Source: Candidatus Solincola quzhuomuensis (GTDB lineage: Bacteria; Actinomycetota; Geothermincolia; Geothermincolales; RBG-13-55-18). From it: a stretch of 64,000 nt of DNA. A model generated the notes under the pieces. It did not search any database. It saw nothing but the letters and a program-made list of their open reading frames with translations, and was not told the DNA's origin. The stretch spans positions 6,164-70,163 of the forward strand of contig JACVJF010000001.1 of NCBI GenBank assembly GCA_015711855.1, given 5' to 3'. Numbering within the stretch: position 1 is the stretch's first letter; the number at the start of each line of letters is the position of its first letter. Shown one piece after another: positions 9,991 through 20,039 of this stretch. The translations under genes and the position numbers were made by a program.

Positions 9991-11763
9991 TCAATTCCCC
10001 CGCCGCCGATCGGCCGTGAAGACCAGCGTGGCCTCGTTGCCCTCTCGGTTGAACCTCAGGTCATCGGCGTAATGTCTCACTATGAGCAGGCCCCTGCCCC
10101 TCTCCGACAGGATGTCCTGACGGCCTTCGCCCTCGGCGATGACCCTTCGGTGGTCGAAGCCCTCACCTTCGTCCCGTACCCTGATGATGGCCTTCGTTGG
10201 CTCCGCCTTCACCGTGATGTACACCTTCTTGGAGCGGTCGCAGCGGTTGCCGTGCTCCATGGCGTTGTGCAGTAACTCCTCCAGGCATAGGCGGAGGGTC
10301 ACGGGATCGCTCAATCCCTGGAAGCCCTGCAGGGTTTCCAGGACGCTGTCGATCACGTACCTTATCTGGCGCACGTCGGTGCCTACGGTCATGGTCAGGT
10401 CGTAGAGGTCCTCCAGCTCCAAGACCATGACCGCTATGTCGTCCGGCTGGGGCGCGTCGCCGGAAAAGAGCATTATCTCGTCGGCCAGGACGTCCAGAAA
10501 AGACTCGATATCCTCTTCACGGTGTTCGACGGCCAGCTCGGCGAGCCTTTTCCTGCCCAGGATCTGCCCCTTGAGGTTAAGGGACCCGGTAAGGCCGTCG
10601 GTATAGAACAACAACCTGTCTCCCTTCTCCAGTCGGACCGTCCTCTCCTGGAACTCGCCGTCCTCCATTAGCCCTACCGGGAATCCCTCCCCCTCCAGGA
10701 ATTCCACGGACCCCCCCTTCCTCCTCAACAGAAGAGGGGGTTCGTGCCCCGCCCGCACATAGGTAAGGGTGTTGTCGTTGTTGTCGTAAAAACCGTAGAA
10801 AAGGGTGGCGAAACCGTACTGAGACTCGGAGAAGAAGCGGCGGAAGGCGGCGTTGGCCTCGTCGAGTATGGTGCGCGGCGATATGTGCCGCCGTCCCAGC
10901 TCGTACAGGATGGTGGTGAGGACGGACATGATCAGCGCGGCCGGCATGCCCTTGTTGGCCACGTCCCCTATCATCAGCCCGAACTTCTGAGGACAGAAAT
11001 CGGTCCTCAGTTTCTGGCACCTGTCCTGGGTCTCCGCCCGGCAGTAGAAACAGAAGCGGGAATCCCTGTCCAGAGGAATGACGCTGAAAAAATCCCCGCC
11101 CACCGCTGATGCGGGCATCAGCCGGGAGACCATGCGCACGGAGGCGCAGGGCACGTGGGTGGAGATGATGGAACGCTGGATACGGCTGGCCAGACGCAGT
11201 TCTTTTTCCGTGCGGTCCTGGTCCTCTTTCAAGGCCTGGTAGAGACGGGCGTTCTCGATGGCGGCCGCTGCCATGTCCGCGAAAGATATCAGGTGCTCCA
11301 GGTCCGGGCGTTGAAAGCGGCGCGTGCGGGTGCAGGTGGAGACGTTGAGGACCCCTATTATCCTTTCCCCCACCCTCAGGGGGACGGCCAGAGCGCTCTT
11401 CACCGAGGGGTCGGAACCCCGAAAACGGCTGTCGGCCACCACGTCCTGCAGGATAAGAGGCTCTCCGTTCTGGGCCACCCAACCGGATATGCCTTCTCCG
11501 AGGGATACGCGAAACCTACACCCGTCGCCGAGCCCGCGCGAAGCCCTGATCACCAGATCCCCGTTCTCCTCCAGGAGCATGATGCTCCCCCGTTCCGCCC
11601 CGAGCAGCTCCATGGCCTGATCCAGGACGCGATCCAGGCGGTCGTTGAGGTCCAGGGTGGATACCAGGAATTTTCCCAGACGCAGGAGATCCCCTCCGGG
11701 TGATCCTCGCATATCCGGCTCCGTTTCCCGGCCGGCGACGTTGTCGGGCATCATCGCGCTCAC
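9991..11763 (-). CDS. GAF-PP2C (SpoIIE/RsbU-type phosphatase)-HATPase_c fusion, partner-switching regulator
   Basis: GAF N-terminus, PPM motifs 'GDVANKGMPAAL'/'DGLT', C-terminal RsbW-like kinase 'EELLHNAMEHGN...GRGLLIV'. Confidence 0.8.
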   Translation of the reverse strand: MSAMMPDNVAGRETEPDMRGSPGGDLLRLGKFLVSTLDLNDRLDRVLDQAMELLGAERGSIMLLEENGDLVIRASRGLGDGCRFRVSLGEGISGWVAQNGEPLILQDVVADSRFRGSDPSVKSALAVPLRVGERIIGVLNVSTCTRTRRFQRPDLEHLISFADMAAAAIENARLYQALKEDQDRTEKELRLASRIQRSIISTHVPCASVRMVSRLMPASAVGGDFFSVIPLDRDSRFCFYCRAETQDRCQKLRTDFCPQKFGLMIGDVANKGMPAALIMSVLTTILYELGRRHISPRTILDEANAAFRRFFSESQYGFATLFYGFYDNNDNTLTYVRAGHEPPLLLRRKGGSVEFLEGEGFPVGLMEDGEFQERTVRLEKGDRLLFYTDGLTGSLNLKGQILGRKRLAELAVEHREEDIESFLDVLADEIMLFSGDAPQPDDIAVMVLELEDLYDLTMTVGTDVRQIRYVIDSVLETLQGFQGLSDPVTLRLCLEELLHNAMEHGNRCDRSKKVYITVKAEPTKAIIRVRDEGEGFDHRRVIAEGEGRQDILSERGRGLLIVRHYADDLRFNREGNEATLVFTADRRRGN

Positions 11764-12104
11764 TTGAAGCTGGCCAGCGCCTCCTCTTCATCCTCGTACA
11801 GGTCGATGATCTTGGTGAAGCGGACCACGTCCAGAAGCTCCCTGATAGGATCGCCCGCCTTGAGGATCTTCAGCCTGCCGCGGTTCTGGGTGCATTTCTT
11901 AAAGGCATCGGCTATGGTGGACAGCCCCGCCGTGTTCACGTAGGTCAGACCCTCTATGTCCAAAAGGATGTTGTAGCACCCCTCGGCGAAGACCCTGTCC
12001 AAGGTTTCCGCGAAACTGTCCACGGTCTCGGAATCTATCACCCCCGACACCTTTATCACGGTAATTTCTTCCATATCTCCCGCGCGGGACACCGAGATCT
12101 CCAT
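11760..12104 (-). CDS. STAS-domain anti-sigma-factor antagonist (SpoIIAA/RsbV-like)
   Basis: 'ITVIKVSGVIDSETVDSFAETLDRV...LLDIEGLTYVNTAGLSTI' STAS signature; start taken at internal ATG (MEISVS). Confidence 0.75.
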   Translation of the reverse strand: MEISVSRAGDMEEITVIKVSGVIDSETVDSFAETLDRVFAEGCYNILLDIEGLTYVNTAGLSTIADAFKKCTQNRGRLKILKAGDPIRELLDVVRFTKIIDLYEDEEEALASFK

Positions 12105-12351
12105 GCCCGACCTCCTCTTCAGAACCCTGCATTGCACCAGTGAAGATATCGGCATATGGGGAGAGCTATTTAACCCGCAGCCCTTGCCCTTGATGGGCGC
12201 CAGCCGTAAATCCGCCGGGGAGACGCGAGAGGGGGACTTGTCAACCCTTCCCTCTACCGGAGCAAGGCGGACGAATAGCGCATTACACAACATTTAGTAT
12301 TGATAAAGCATCTTATTTTCTATATATTGTATACATGGGAAGGATGGTGGG

Positions 12352-14352
12352 ATGAAAGAAGACCTGACCCTATATCCCTTCACGGCCATCGTGGGGCAGG
12401 AGAGGCTTAAGCGCGCCCTTCTGGTCAATGCCGTAGATCCCCGCATCGGAGGTCTGCTCATCAAGGGAGAGCGGGGCACGGGCAAGTCGACCGCCGCCCG
12501 AGCCCTGGCCGAGCTCCTTCCGGAAATCGAGGTAGTCGCCGATTGCCCCTTCTCCTGCAACCCGCAAGTCGAGGAGGAGATGTGCACCAATTGCCGGTCG
12601 CGCTGGAACGCGGGGGAGCCCCTTCCCGTCGCCGTCCGCCCCATGCGCTTCGTCACCCTCCCCTTAAACGCCAGCGAGGACCGCCTGGTGGGAACCCTTG
12701 ACCTGGAAAAAGCCATGCGGGAAGGCGTCAAGGAATTCGAGCCCGGGCTGCTGGCCAGGGCCAACCGGGCCATCCTCTACGTGGACGAGGTGAATCTTCT
12801 CGAGGATCACCTGGTGGACCTGTTGCTCGATGCCGCGGCCATGGGCATGAACGTGGTGGAGCGGGAAGGGGTCTCTTTCGCCCATCCCTCCCGTTTCATC
12901 ATGGTGGGGACCATGAACCCGGAGGAGGGGGAACTGCGCCCCCAATTGGAGGACCGCTTCGGACTCTGTGTCCAGGTGGAAGGGGAAAAGGACGTGGCGG
13001 ACCGCGTGGAGGTTATGCGCCGCAGGCACTTATATCTGGAAAACCCCCACTTGCTCCGCGCTCAGTTTCAATCCCAGCAGGAGGAGCTGCGCCGGAGGAT
13101 CAAGAGGGCGCGGGAGATACTGCCCGAAGTGGAGGTCTCCGAGGACATCTTGGAACTCATCGGCCGTATCTCGCTGCAACTGGGTGTGTGTGGACACCGC
13201 GCGGATCTGGCCACCTATCAGGCTGCACGAGCCCTTGCCGCCCTTGAGGGAAGAAGGCTCGTCCAAGAGGGGGACGTCCGTGAAGCGGCGGAAATGGCCC
13301 TCATGCACCGACTGAGGCGCACCCCTTTCGACGACCAATTCAAGGACTTGGACCGCCTGGAGCGCATTATCCAGCGGGGAGGAAGATCCGTCGAACTTCC
13401 CCTGCAGGACGCCGCCGTCACGGAGAACACCGGCACCGGGAGGGCAGCGGACGACGCACAGGAGCGTTCTGCCTGCATCCCGCAGGCAGAAAGGCTTTCC
13501 GGTGCCTTTAATGCGGACTTGGACCTCCCCTCCCTTCAAGCGCTCGTCCCGGGCTCGGTGAGGACGGCAAGCGGAAAGCGCTCCGCCGTGGTGGCCGATT
13601 CCGGGAACGGAAGACGTGTCGGCCACCGTATGCCCAAGCCCGACGAGACCCTCGGTTCCGGAAACCTGGCCTTGGATGCCACTCTCCGCGCCGCGGCGGG
13701 GAGAACGGCGGGCACCGAACAGCCCTTCCAGATACGCAAGGAAGACCTGAGGGCGGCGATAAAGAAGCGCAAGGCGGGCAACCTGATCCTTTTCATATTG
13801 GACGCCAGCGCCTCCATGGGATGCCAGGAACGAATCGAATCCACCAAGAAAGCGGTACGGCAACTATTGGAAGACGCCTACCAGAAAAGGGACCGCGTGG
13901 GCCTGATCACCTTCCGCGACCAGAACGCTCAACTCATCCTCAACCCCACCAACAGCATACAGCTTGCCGACCTGCGCATCCGTGACTTGACCACCGGGGG
14001 AGCCACTCCCCTGAACCACGGCCTGGCCATGGGCCTTCTGGTGGCCAAACGGGAACTAAGGCGTGATCCGGACCTCTTTCCTCTCCTGGTCCTGATCACC
14101 GACGGTCATGGAAATGTGGGGCTGGCTTCCGGGGATCCATGGAAGGAAAGCCTGGAGATCGCGGGGAAGATCCGTGCCGAGGGATTACAGGGCGTGGTCT
14201 TCGACACCTCCAATCCTTCTTTCCGGCTGGGACGCCGAGCCTCCACCCAAGCGCGACGCATAGCCGAGGCCATGGGCGCCGCGTATTACCACCTGTCTTC
14301 ACTGCAGCCCCAAGAGATGCTGGAGAGGATCGAAAACCACCTCTCGGCATGA
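12352..14352 (+). CDS. ChlI/BchI-type AAA+ ATPase fused to C-terminal vWA (ChlD-like) domain; chelatase-family ATPase
   Basis: ChlI motifs 'YPFTAIVGQERLKRALLVNAVDP', Walker A 'GERGTGKST', 'ILYVDEVNLLEDHLVDLLLD'; Cys-rich insert; C-terminal vWA MIDAS 'DASASMG'. Confidence 0.8.
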   Translation: MKEDLTLYPFTAIVGQERLKRALLVNAVDPRIGGLLIKGERGTGKSTAARALAELLPEIEVVADCPFSCNPQVEEEMCTNCRSRWNAGEPLPVAVRPMRFVTLPLNASEDRLVGTLDLEKAMREGVKEFEPGLLARANRAILYVDEVNLLEDHLVDLLLDAAAMGMNVVEREGVSFAHPSRFIMVGTMNPEEGELRPQLEDRFGLCVQVEGEKDVADRVEVMRRRHLYLENPHLLRAQFQSQQEELRRRIKRAREILPEVEVSEDILELIGRISLQLGVCGHRADLATYQAARALAALEGRRLVQEGDVREAAEMALMHRLRRTPFDDQFKDLDRLERIIQRGGRSVELPLQDAAVTENTGTGRAADDAQERSACIPQAERLSGAFNADLDLPSLQALVPGSVRTASGKRSAVVADSGNGRRVGHRMPKPDETLGSGNLALDATLRAAAGRTAGTEQPFQIRKEDLRAAIKKRKAGNLILFILDASASMGCQERIESTKKAVRQLLEDAYQKRDRVGLITFRDQNAQLILNPTNSIQLADLRIRDLTTGGATPLNHGLAMGLLVAKRELRRDPDLFPLLVLITDGHGNVGLASGDPWKESLEIAGKIRAEGLQGVVFDTSNPSFRLGRRASTQARRIAEAMGAAYYHLSSLQPQEMLERIENHLSA

Positions 14353-14496
14353 GGTCTCATCACGAGCCGAGGACGTCGAGGGCGAGAGGCGAACGGTTTC
14401 TCGAGACAAAGAGCGCACCCTTCCTCGGTTAATGCGGTTTAACCCCAAAGTATCGAGCACCTCCTGCCGATATAGAGGGTTGAAGATTCGGGGGGC

Positions 14497-16368
14497 ATGA
14501 TGATGGGCAAAGGAGAAACAGAGAGCAAGCAAGCCGCCCGGAAAAGGCGCAAGCCACAGAGGTACCTCATGGGCCTCCTGGTGGTGGTGATCGCCGTCCT
14601 GGCGGGCGGCATGATGTCCGTTATGGCGGTCATGGGCTCTCCCTTCCGCTTCGTGGTTAGCGGCTTTCTGGGAGCCTGCGTTTTGGTTCTGACCCTCTTT
14701 CTCACCTGGGAATGGTGGCGGTATCGGGAGCAGAACAAGGAATACATAGACGAGATAACGGATCTCAACCTGCGCTTCGGCATCCTGGCCGACGCGGTCA
14801 GCGCGGTGAGCTCCACCCTGGACCTCAAGGAACTCGTGGAGAACATATTAGGGGTGATGCTAACCCTAACCAGTTCCAGTATAGGGGTCGTGCTGGTTCC
14901 GGACGAGGAGGGAAAGTACCTGCAGGTTCTATCCCACCGCGGCTTCCGGGAGGAAGCGGTGCGTGGACTTAAGATAAAGGTGGGAAAGGGAGCGGTGGGA
15001 AGCGCTTTCCTGACGGGTCGGATGCTCATCCGCGACGATCTTCCTCCAGATCCTCGTGCTCGGGACACTTACACGGAGGGTAAAAGCCCTCTCTCCCAAG
15101 TGATCATGCCCCTCAAGGCCAAGGGGGAGGTGGTGGGCGTGGCGGTGACCGCCACCTGCGAGGAGCACGAATATAAGCCGGAGGAGATCTCCCTGCTATC
15201 CAGCCTGAGCCACGAACTGGCCGTGGCCATGATCAACGTGGAACTCTACAGGAAGAGCCAGCAGACCCTGGAATGGCTGGCGGAAACCCAGGAATACACG
15301 GAACACTTCATCCAGGAAATGCTGGCCGGCGTCATGGTGGTCAACGCCGAGGGCGAGGTCATTTACTTCAACCGCGAGGCCGCGGAGATGCTGGGCATCG
15401 AGCCTAAAGAGGTCATTGGTATAAACTACCAAGATATGGTGGAGGATCGGGAAAAGTTCCGGTCCCTCTCCTATTTCCGGTCCATACTACGCATCTGCTT
15501 GGAGGAGGACCGCGCGTTCCGCCGGCACGAAATGGTCATCGAAGGGCCGGAGGGTGGCCGCATGACCATAAGCTTCAACGCCTTCCCCATGCACCGGGCA
15601 AAAGGCGGGCTTCTGGGAGCAGCGGTGGTCTTTATGGACGTCACGGCCATGAAGGACATGGAAAGACGACTCCGGCAACAGGATCACCTCTCCATCCTGG
15701 GGCAGATGGCGGCAAAGATTGCCCATGAGGTGAAGAATCCCCTGTTCGCCATAATAGGCTTGGCGGATGAGCTGGAGGAGGGGGAAACCGACCCGGAGCG
15801 GAAGAGGCTCCTGGAGATGATCCGTAAGGAGGCGTTGCTCGGCAACCAATGGATTTCGGGCATGCTAACCTTCAGCCGGGCCCCGTCCCCCGCCGGCGAG
15901 GAGACTCCGCTGCCCTTGGGGGAGGCCGTCTCCTCCCTCATCGAGGACTTCCTCCTCACCAATGAGAGGGAGGACGTGCGGATCGTCCGAGACCTGCCCG
16001 CCGATCTTCCGCCCGTTCTCCTCAACCGTGACAACCTGCGCCACGTGCTGTTCAACCTGCTGGAAAACGCCATCCACGCCATGCCCAGAGGCGGGACTAT
16101 CACCGTCAGCGCCCGCGAATCCGGCAACGGCTTCGTGGAACTCACGGTGGAGGACACGGGAGAAGGCATCCCGGAGGAGATCCTGCCTTCCATCTTTGAC
16201 CCCTTCTTCACCACCAAGGAGGGAGGCACCGGCCTGGGGTTGTCCATCGTCCAGAAGATCCTGCTGGACAGCGGCGGAAAGATAGAGGTACGCTCGCAAC
16301 AGGAAAGGGGAACGGTTTTCACCATCAGGCTTCCGACACGAGGGGTGAGCTATGGACGACGGTCGTAA
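14497..16368 (+). CDS. membrane-anchored GAF-PAS sensor histidine kinase
   Basis: 2 TM helices, GAF, PAS, HisKA 'IAHEVKNPL', HATPase_c '[12 protein letters not shown]'. Confidence 0.85.
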   Translation: MMMGKGETESKQAARKRRKPQRYLMGLLVVVIAVLAGGMMSVMAVMGSPFRFVVSGFLGACVLVLTLFLTWEWWRYREQNKEYIDEITDLNLRFGILADAVSAVSSTLDLKELVENILGVMLTLTSSSIGVVLVPDEEGKYLQVLSHRGFREEAVRGLKIKVGKGAVGSAFLTGRMLIRDDLPPDPRARDTYTEGKSPLSQVIMPLKAKGEVVGVAVTATCEEHEYKPEEISLLSSLSHELAVAMINVELYRKSQQTLEWLAETQEYTEHFIQEMLAGVMVVNAEGEVIYFNREAAEMLGIEPKEVIGINYQDMVEDREKFRSLSYFRSILRICLEEDRAFRRHEMVIEGPEGGRMTISFNAFPMHRAKGGLLGAAVVFMDVTAMKDMERRLRQQDHLSILGQMAAKIAHEVKNPLFAIIGLADELEEGETDPERKRLLEMIRKEALLGNQWISGMLTFSRAPSPAGEETPLPLGEAVSSLIEDFLLTNEREDVRIVRDLPADLPPVLLNRDNLRHVLFNLLENAIHAMPRGGTITVSARESGNGFVELTVEDTGEGIPEEILPSIFDPFFTTKEGGTGLGLSIVQKILLDSGGKIEVRSQQERGTVFTIRLPTRGVSYGRRS

Positions 16369-16729
16369 CGTCAAGCTACTCATCGTCGACGACAACGAGG
16401 GCGTACGCCACCTGGTCTCACGCTGGCTAGAACGGGCCGGTTTCCGCGTGGAGGAAGCCAGCGACGGGGCGGAAGCCGTGGAGCTGGTGAGAAAAAACCC
16501 TCCTGACGTCATCCTGGCCGACATACGTATGCCCAAGCTCGACGGCATCGAGCTGGCACGCATCGTCAAGGAGGAGTTCCCGCAGATCAAGGTGATACTG
16601 ATGACCGCCTATTCCTCTCCCCAGACCATAGCCCAGGCGCGACGTGAGGGCGTGGACGATTACCTGGAAAAGCCGTTTACCCGTGACCAGGTGGAAAAAA
16701 TGGCCCTGGAGATCATTTCCAGGAAATAG
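16352..16729 (+). CDS. single-domain response regulator (CheY-like receiver)
   Basis: 'LIVDDNEGVRHL...DVILADIRMPKLDG...KVILMTAY'; 17-nt overlap with kinase gene. Confidence 0.85.
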   Translation: MDDGRNVKLLIVDDNEGVRHLVSRWLERAGFRVEEASDGAEAVELVRKNPPDVILADIRMPKLDGIELARIVKEEFPQIKVILMTAYSSPQTIAQARREGVDDYLEKPFTRDQVEKMALEIISRK

Positions 16730-16758
16730 TTCTCTTTGTTCAAGCGCAGGAACGGACC

Positions 16759-17586
16759 TTAATCCCTTTTCGCTCCGGCGTTTCGCAAGGGGAGAAACGA
16801 GCGTTGGCGGCGCTCGAAGCTCACGATCTCCCTGTATCCCACCCTCTCCAGGACCTCCACCGCCAGGTGAAAATCCTGGCCCACTTCCCGGGGATCGTGC
16901 GCATCCGACCCCAGGGTAACCGGTATATCCCTCTCCCGACAGAGCCGGAGGAATTCCTCTCCAGGATATATCTCCCCGGCCGGCTTCCTCAGCCCGGCCG
17001 TGCTAACCTCCACCACCACATCGGCCGCGGCCACGCGGTCCAGACATTCCTCGTAGATCCGTCGCATGCTCCCACGCGGCCGAAATCCGAACTTCTTGAT
17101 GAGGTCGGGATGGGCTAACAGGTCGAAGAGCCCGCACTCCGCCGCATCTCCCAGAACCTGGAAATATAGTTCCCAAAGGGAAAAGAGGTCCCGCCCGCGA
17201 TAACCGTCCAGGTTGCGGGGATCGTCGAACCCCCATCCCTCCAGGAAGTGAACGGAACCCGTCACGTAGTCGAAGGGATAGTCATCCAAAATTTCCGTCA
17301 GCTCCCGGATGCGCTCCGCCACATAATCCACCTCGATGCCCAGCCGGATCCTCGGCCGGGAGACCCTGGCAGCCAGATCCTTCACCTCGCGAACGTAATC
17401 CGGCAGTTCGTCCAGGGCCATGCTGAGGGAAGGGTCCTGGATATGCAGGAGAGGGAAATGGTCGGAGAAACCGATCTCGGACAAGCCGAGGCGTCGTGCC
17501 CGTCGCACATAATCCTCGAGTTCACCGGCAGCGTGACCGCAGCGCCTGGTATGTAGATGGTAATCCACGAGTCCCCTGGCTCTCAT
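16759..17586 (-). CDS. hisK: histidinol-phosphatase, PHP family
   Basis: 'VDYHLHTRRCGHA' PHP His motifs, 'GFSDHFP', 'GSDAHD'. Confidence 0.8.
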   Translation of the reverse strand: MRARGLVDYHLHTRRCGHAAGELEDYVRRARRLGLSEIGFSDHFPLLHIQDPSLSMALDELPDYVREVKDLAARVSRPRIRLGIEVDYVAERIRELTEILDDYPFDYVTGSVHFLEGWGFDDPRNLDGYRGRDLFSLWELYFQVLGDAAECGLFDLLAHPDLIKKFGFRPRGSMRRIYEECLDRVAAADVVVEVSTAGLRKPAGEIYPGEEFLRLCRERDIPVTLGSDAHDPREVGQDFHLAVEVLERVGYREIVSFERRQRSFLPLRNAGAKRD

Positions 17587-17788
17587 GCCTACGAGGATAC
17601 CAGATGGGTCGCAGGCGCACACGATCCTTCCGCGCGAGACAAATGCCGATTCCCCGATCACTCCTCCCGAGCGAAGTAGAACGGGGGCCCCAAGGTGTGC
17701 CGTAAAGTGGTCGAGAATCTATCTTGGTGTTATACTCTTTTCGTATTTCGATTCAAAATGAGTGGTGCAGGGAAAGGAGGATTCCGCC

Positions 17789-17944
17789 ATGGGTAAGGCT
17801 AAAAAATTGACCAAAACCGAAAAGAAGCTGGCCAAGATCGAGAAGCAGAAGGGGAGCCTGGAGAAGAAGCTGTCCAAGTTGGAAAAGGCGCGCGAGAAAC
17901 TGAGGAAAAAAGCGGACAAGCTGGCCAAGAAAGTGGAAGGCTGA
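17789..17944 (+). CDS. small Lys-rich coiled-coil protein (51 aa), hypothetical
   Basis: strong SD 'AAAGGAGG' 7 nt before ATG; periodic K/L/E repeats 'KKLAKIEKQKGSLEKKLSKLEK'. Confidence 0.45.
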   Translation: MGKAKKLTKTEKKLAKIEKQKGSLEKKLSKLEKAREKLRKKADKLAKKVEG

Positions 17945-18025
17945 CCCGACCTTCAAGAGGTAAATATCGCTTGCCCTCTCCGCCGTCGCGGCGGAGATTT
18001 TTATACGGCAGAAAACGTATCGCAT

Positions 18026-18655
18026 CTATCTTTCTTCTCCCAACATGGCCAAAAGCGCTCGCTTGGCCCTCCGAAACTCCTCCTCCGTCAAGGCGCCCGA
18101 ACTCCCAAGTTCGTCCAGCCTGCGTATCCCCTCCACCAGTTCCAGCTCTCGAACCTTTACGCTTCCGCTCGTCCCTCCGCCGGCCGCCTCCATCTGCAGC
18201 CCTTCCTCTCCCAAGCCGGAGACGCTCGCCAAACGTTTACCCTCTCTCTCCTCCAGGAAGATGCGTTTCCTTTCCAGGATGAGGGTCCGTACCGTATTGG
18301 GATCGCCGATATTGGTGAAGGGTTGCTGGCCGAACTCGTCCGCGGACTCGATGATAAGGTCTCCGTAGTTGAAAATGCGCTCCCAGACGTTCTGCGTCCC
18401 GCTTATGTCGTTCACCTGGTCCAACGGAATGGCCTTGAAGCTCTTGTTCAATACCCCGGAAACCAGAATCAGCTTGCAATCGGTGAGGATGGTGTGGGTG
18501 AACTACCGCCGAAGAAGGGGATAAATCAGCCATCCCGCGACCACCACGGCGAAAGCCGCCCATGCCGCAGCCGTCCATATCCTGCTAAAGTCCCGGCTGT
18601 TGCGGAACCAGAACAGGGCGACCCATCCGGCGGCGATCAGGGTCGCGAGGTCCAC
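18026..18655 (-). pseudogene. YdbT-like membrane-anchored bacterial PH (bPH_2) + SHOCT protein interrupted by in-frame TAG
   Basis: two TM helices (GTG start ~18655) run in frame through TAG at 18503-18505 into the PH-domain ORF 18026..18451; C-terminal SHOCT 'ALTEEEFRRAKRALL'. Confidence 0.6.
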
Positions 18656-19133
18656 GGGCAACAGGAGATCTCTCTCCTTAAGCTTGCCTCTTCAGGAAGG
18701 ACCATAGCCCGTAGCGCATCAGCAAACACGCCGCGAGCACGCTTATCAGAAAACGTACCCCCAACCGGTCCTGGAGGATGGGCCCGGCTTGAACCTGGCT
18801 AGAACAAGCACCAGGACCACCACGGCTACAACACCGATCAGCAAGTTCCATCCTATCTCCTACAGGGAATGCCTCTTGATGAAGATCAGCTCCTCGCCCG
18901 ATTCCAACATCCCCGCCGCCGTCCCCTCCATCTCTCCCCTTTCCTCGATGATCGATACGGCATCGTAGGCGTTTCCACCCTTCCCTCGTCAACCTGCCGG
19001 GCGCGGCTCGAACGGGCCGGCGAGATCCTCGCAAAGTTATTTCCAGGCGACTTGGTTAGCCCGGCGTTGTCTTCCCACCGCAACCATCCCGCTGTTCACA
19101 AAGGCGGAAGTCCCCTCCCAAGCTTTCGGTCGT

Positions 19134-20039
19134 TCAGAAGCAGGTGATCCTGGTGAACTCCCGATAGCGATCCTCGATCTCCTCCAGGGTCAGGCTCCTA
19201 AGCCGCCGGCAGGAAAAGTCTTCCACGGCGAAGGAGGCGATGACGCTCCCGTAGACCACCGCCCGCCGGACGGCGTCCTCGTCGAGCGCCGTCTCCCTGG
19301 AAATAGCTCCCAAGAACCCGCCCCCGAAGGAATCCCCGGCTCCCGTAGGATCGAATACCGTCTCCAGCGGATATGCGGGAAGGGAGAAAAAGGTGTCGTC
19401 TCCCAGCATGACCACCCCGTGCTCTCCTTTCTTGATGATTACCCTGCTGGGGCCCATGGCCCGCAGCTTCCTGCCCGCGGCTATCAGATTCGGCTCGTCG
19501 GCCAGCTGGCGGGCCTCGGAATCGTTCAGAAGCAGATAGTCCACCCTGCTTATGGTCTCCAAGAGTTCCGGGCGCTTTTTCTCTATCCAGTAGTTCATGG
19601 TGTCGCAAAGCGTCAGCTGGGGAGAGCGGACCTGGTCCAGCACGTAGGACTGCAGCTCGGGATCGATGTTGGCCAGGAAGACGAACTCGGAATCCCGGTA
19701 CTCCTCCGGGATCTCCGGTCGGAAATCCTGAAAGACATTAAGCTGGGTCTCCAGGGTATGGGCCTCGTTGAGATCGTAGTCGTAATAGCCTCGCCAGCGG
19801 AACGTCCTTCCGGGCAACTTCCTCAAGCCCCGCAGGTCCACGCCTCGTGAGCTCAGGAATTCCAGGTGTTCGTCCGGGAAGTCCTCGCCCACCACCGCCA
19901 CCATCCTCACCTGGCCGAAAAAGGAGGCGGCCACGCTGAAATAGGTGGCCGATCCACCCAATACCTCCTCCGCCTCTCCGAAGGGGGTGCGTATCGTGTC
20001 CAGGGCTACCGACCCCACCACCAGGATGCTCATCCTCAC
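19134..20039 (-). CDS. PfkB family carbohydrate kinase (ribokinase-like)
   Basis: 'DPTGAGDSFGGGFL' PfkB signature 2, N-terminal 'GGSATYFS' motif. Confidence 0.85.
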   Translation of the reverse strand: MRMSILVVGSVALDTIRTPFGEAEEVLGGSATYFSVAASFFGQVRMVAVVGEDFPDEHLEFLSSRGVDLRGLRKLPGRTFRWRGYYDYDLNEAHTLETQLNVFQDFRPEIPEEYRDSEFVFLANIDPELQSYVLDQVRSPQLTLCDTMNYWIEKKRPELLETISRVDYLLLNDSEARQLADEPNLIAAGRKLRAMGPSRVIIKKGEHGVVMLGDDTFFSLPAYPLETVFDPTGAGDSFGGGFLGAISRETALDEDAVRRAVVYGSVIASFAVEDFSCRRLRSLTLEEIEDRYREFTRITCF

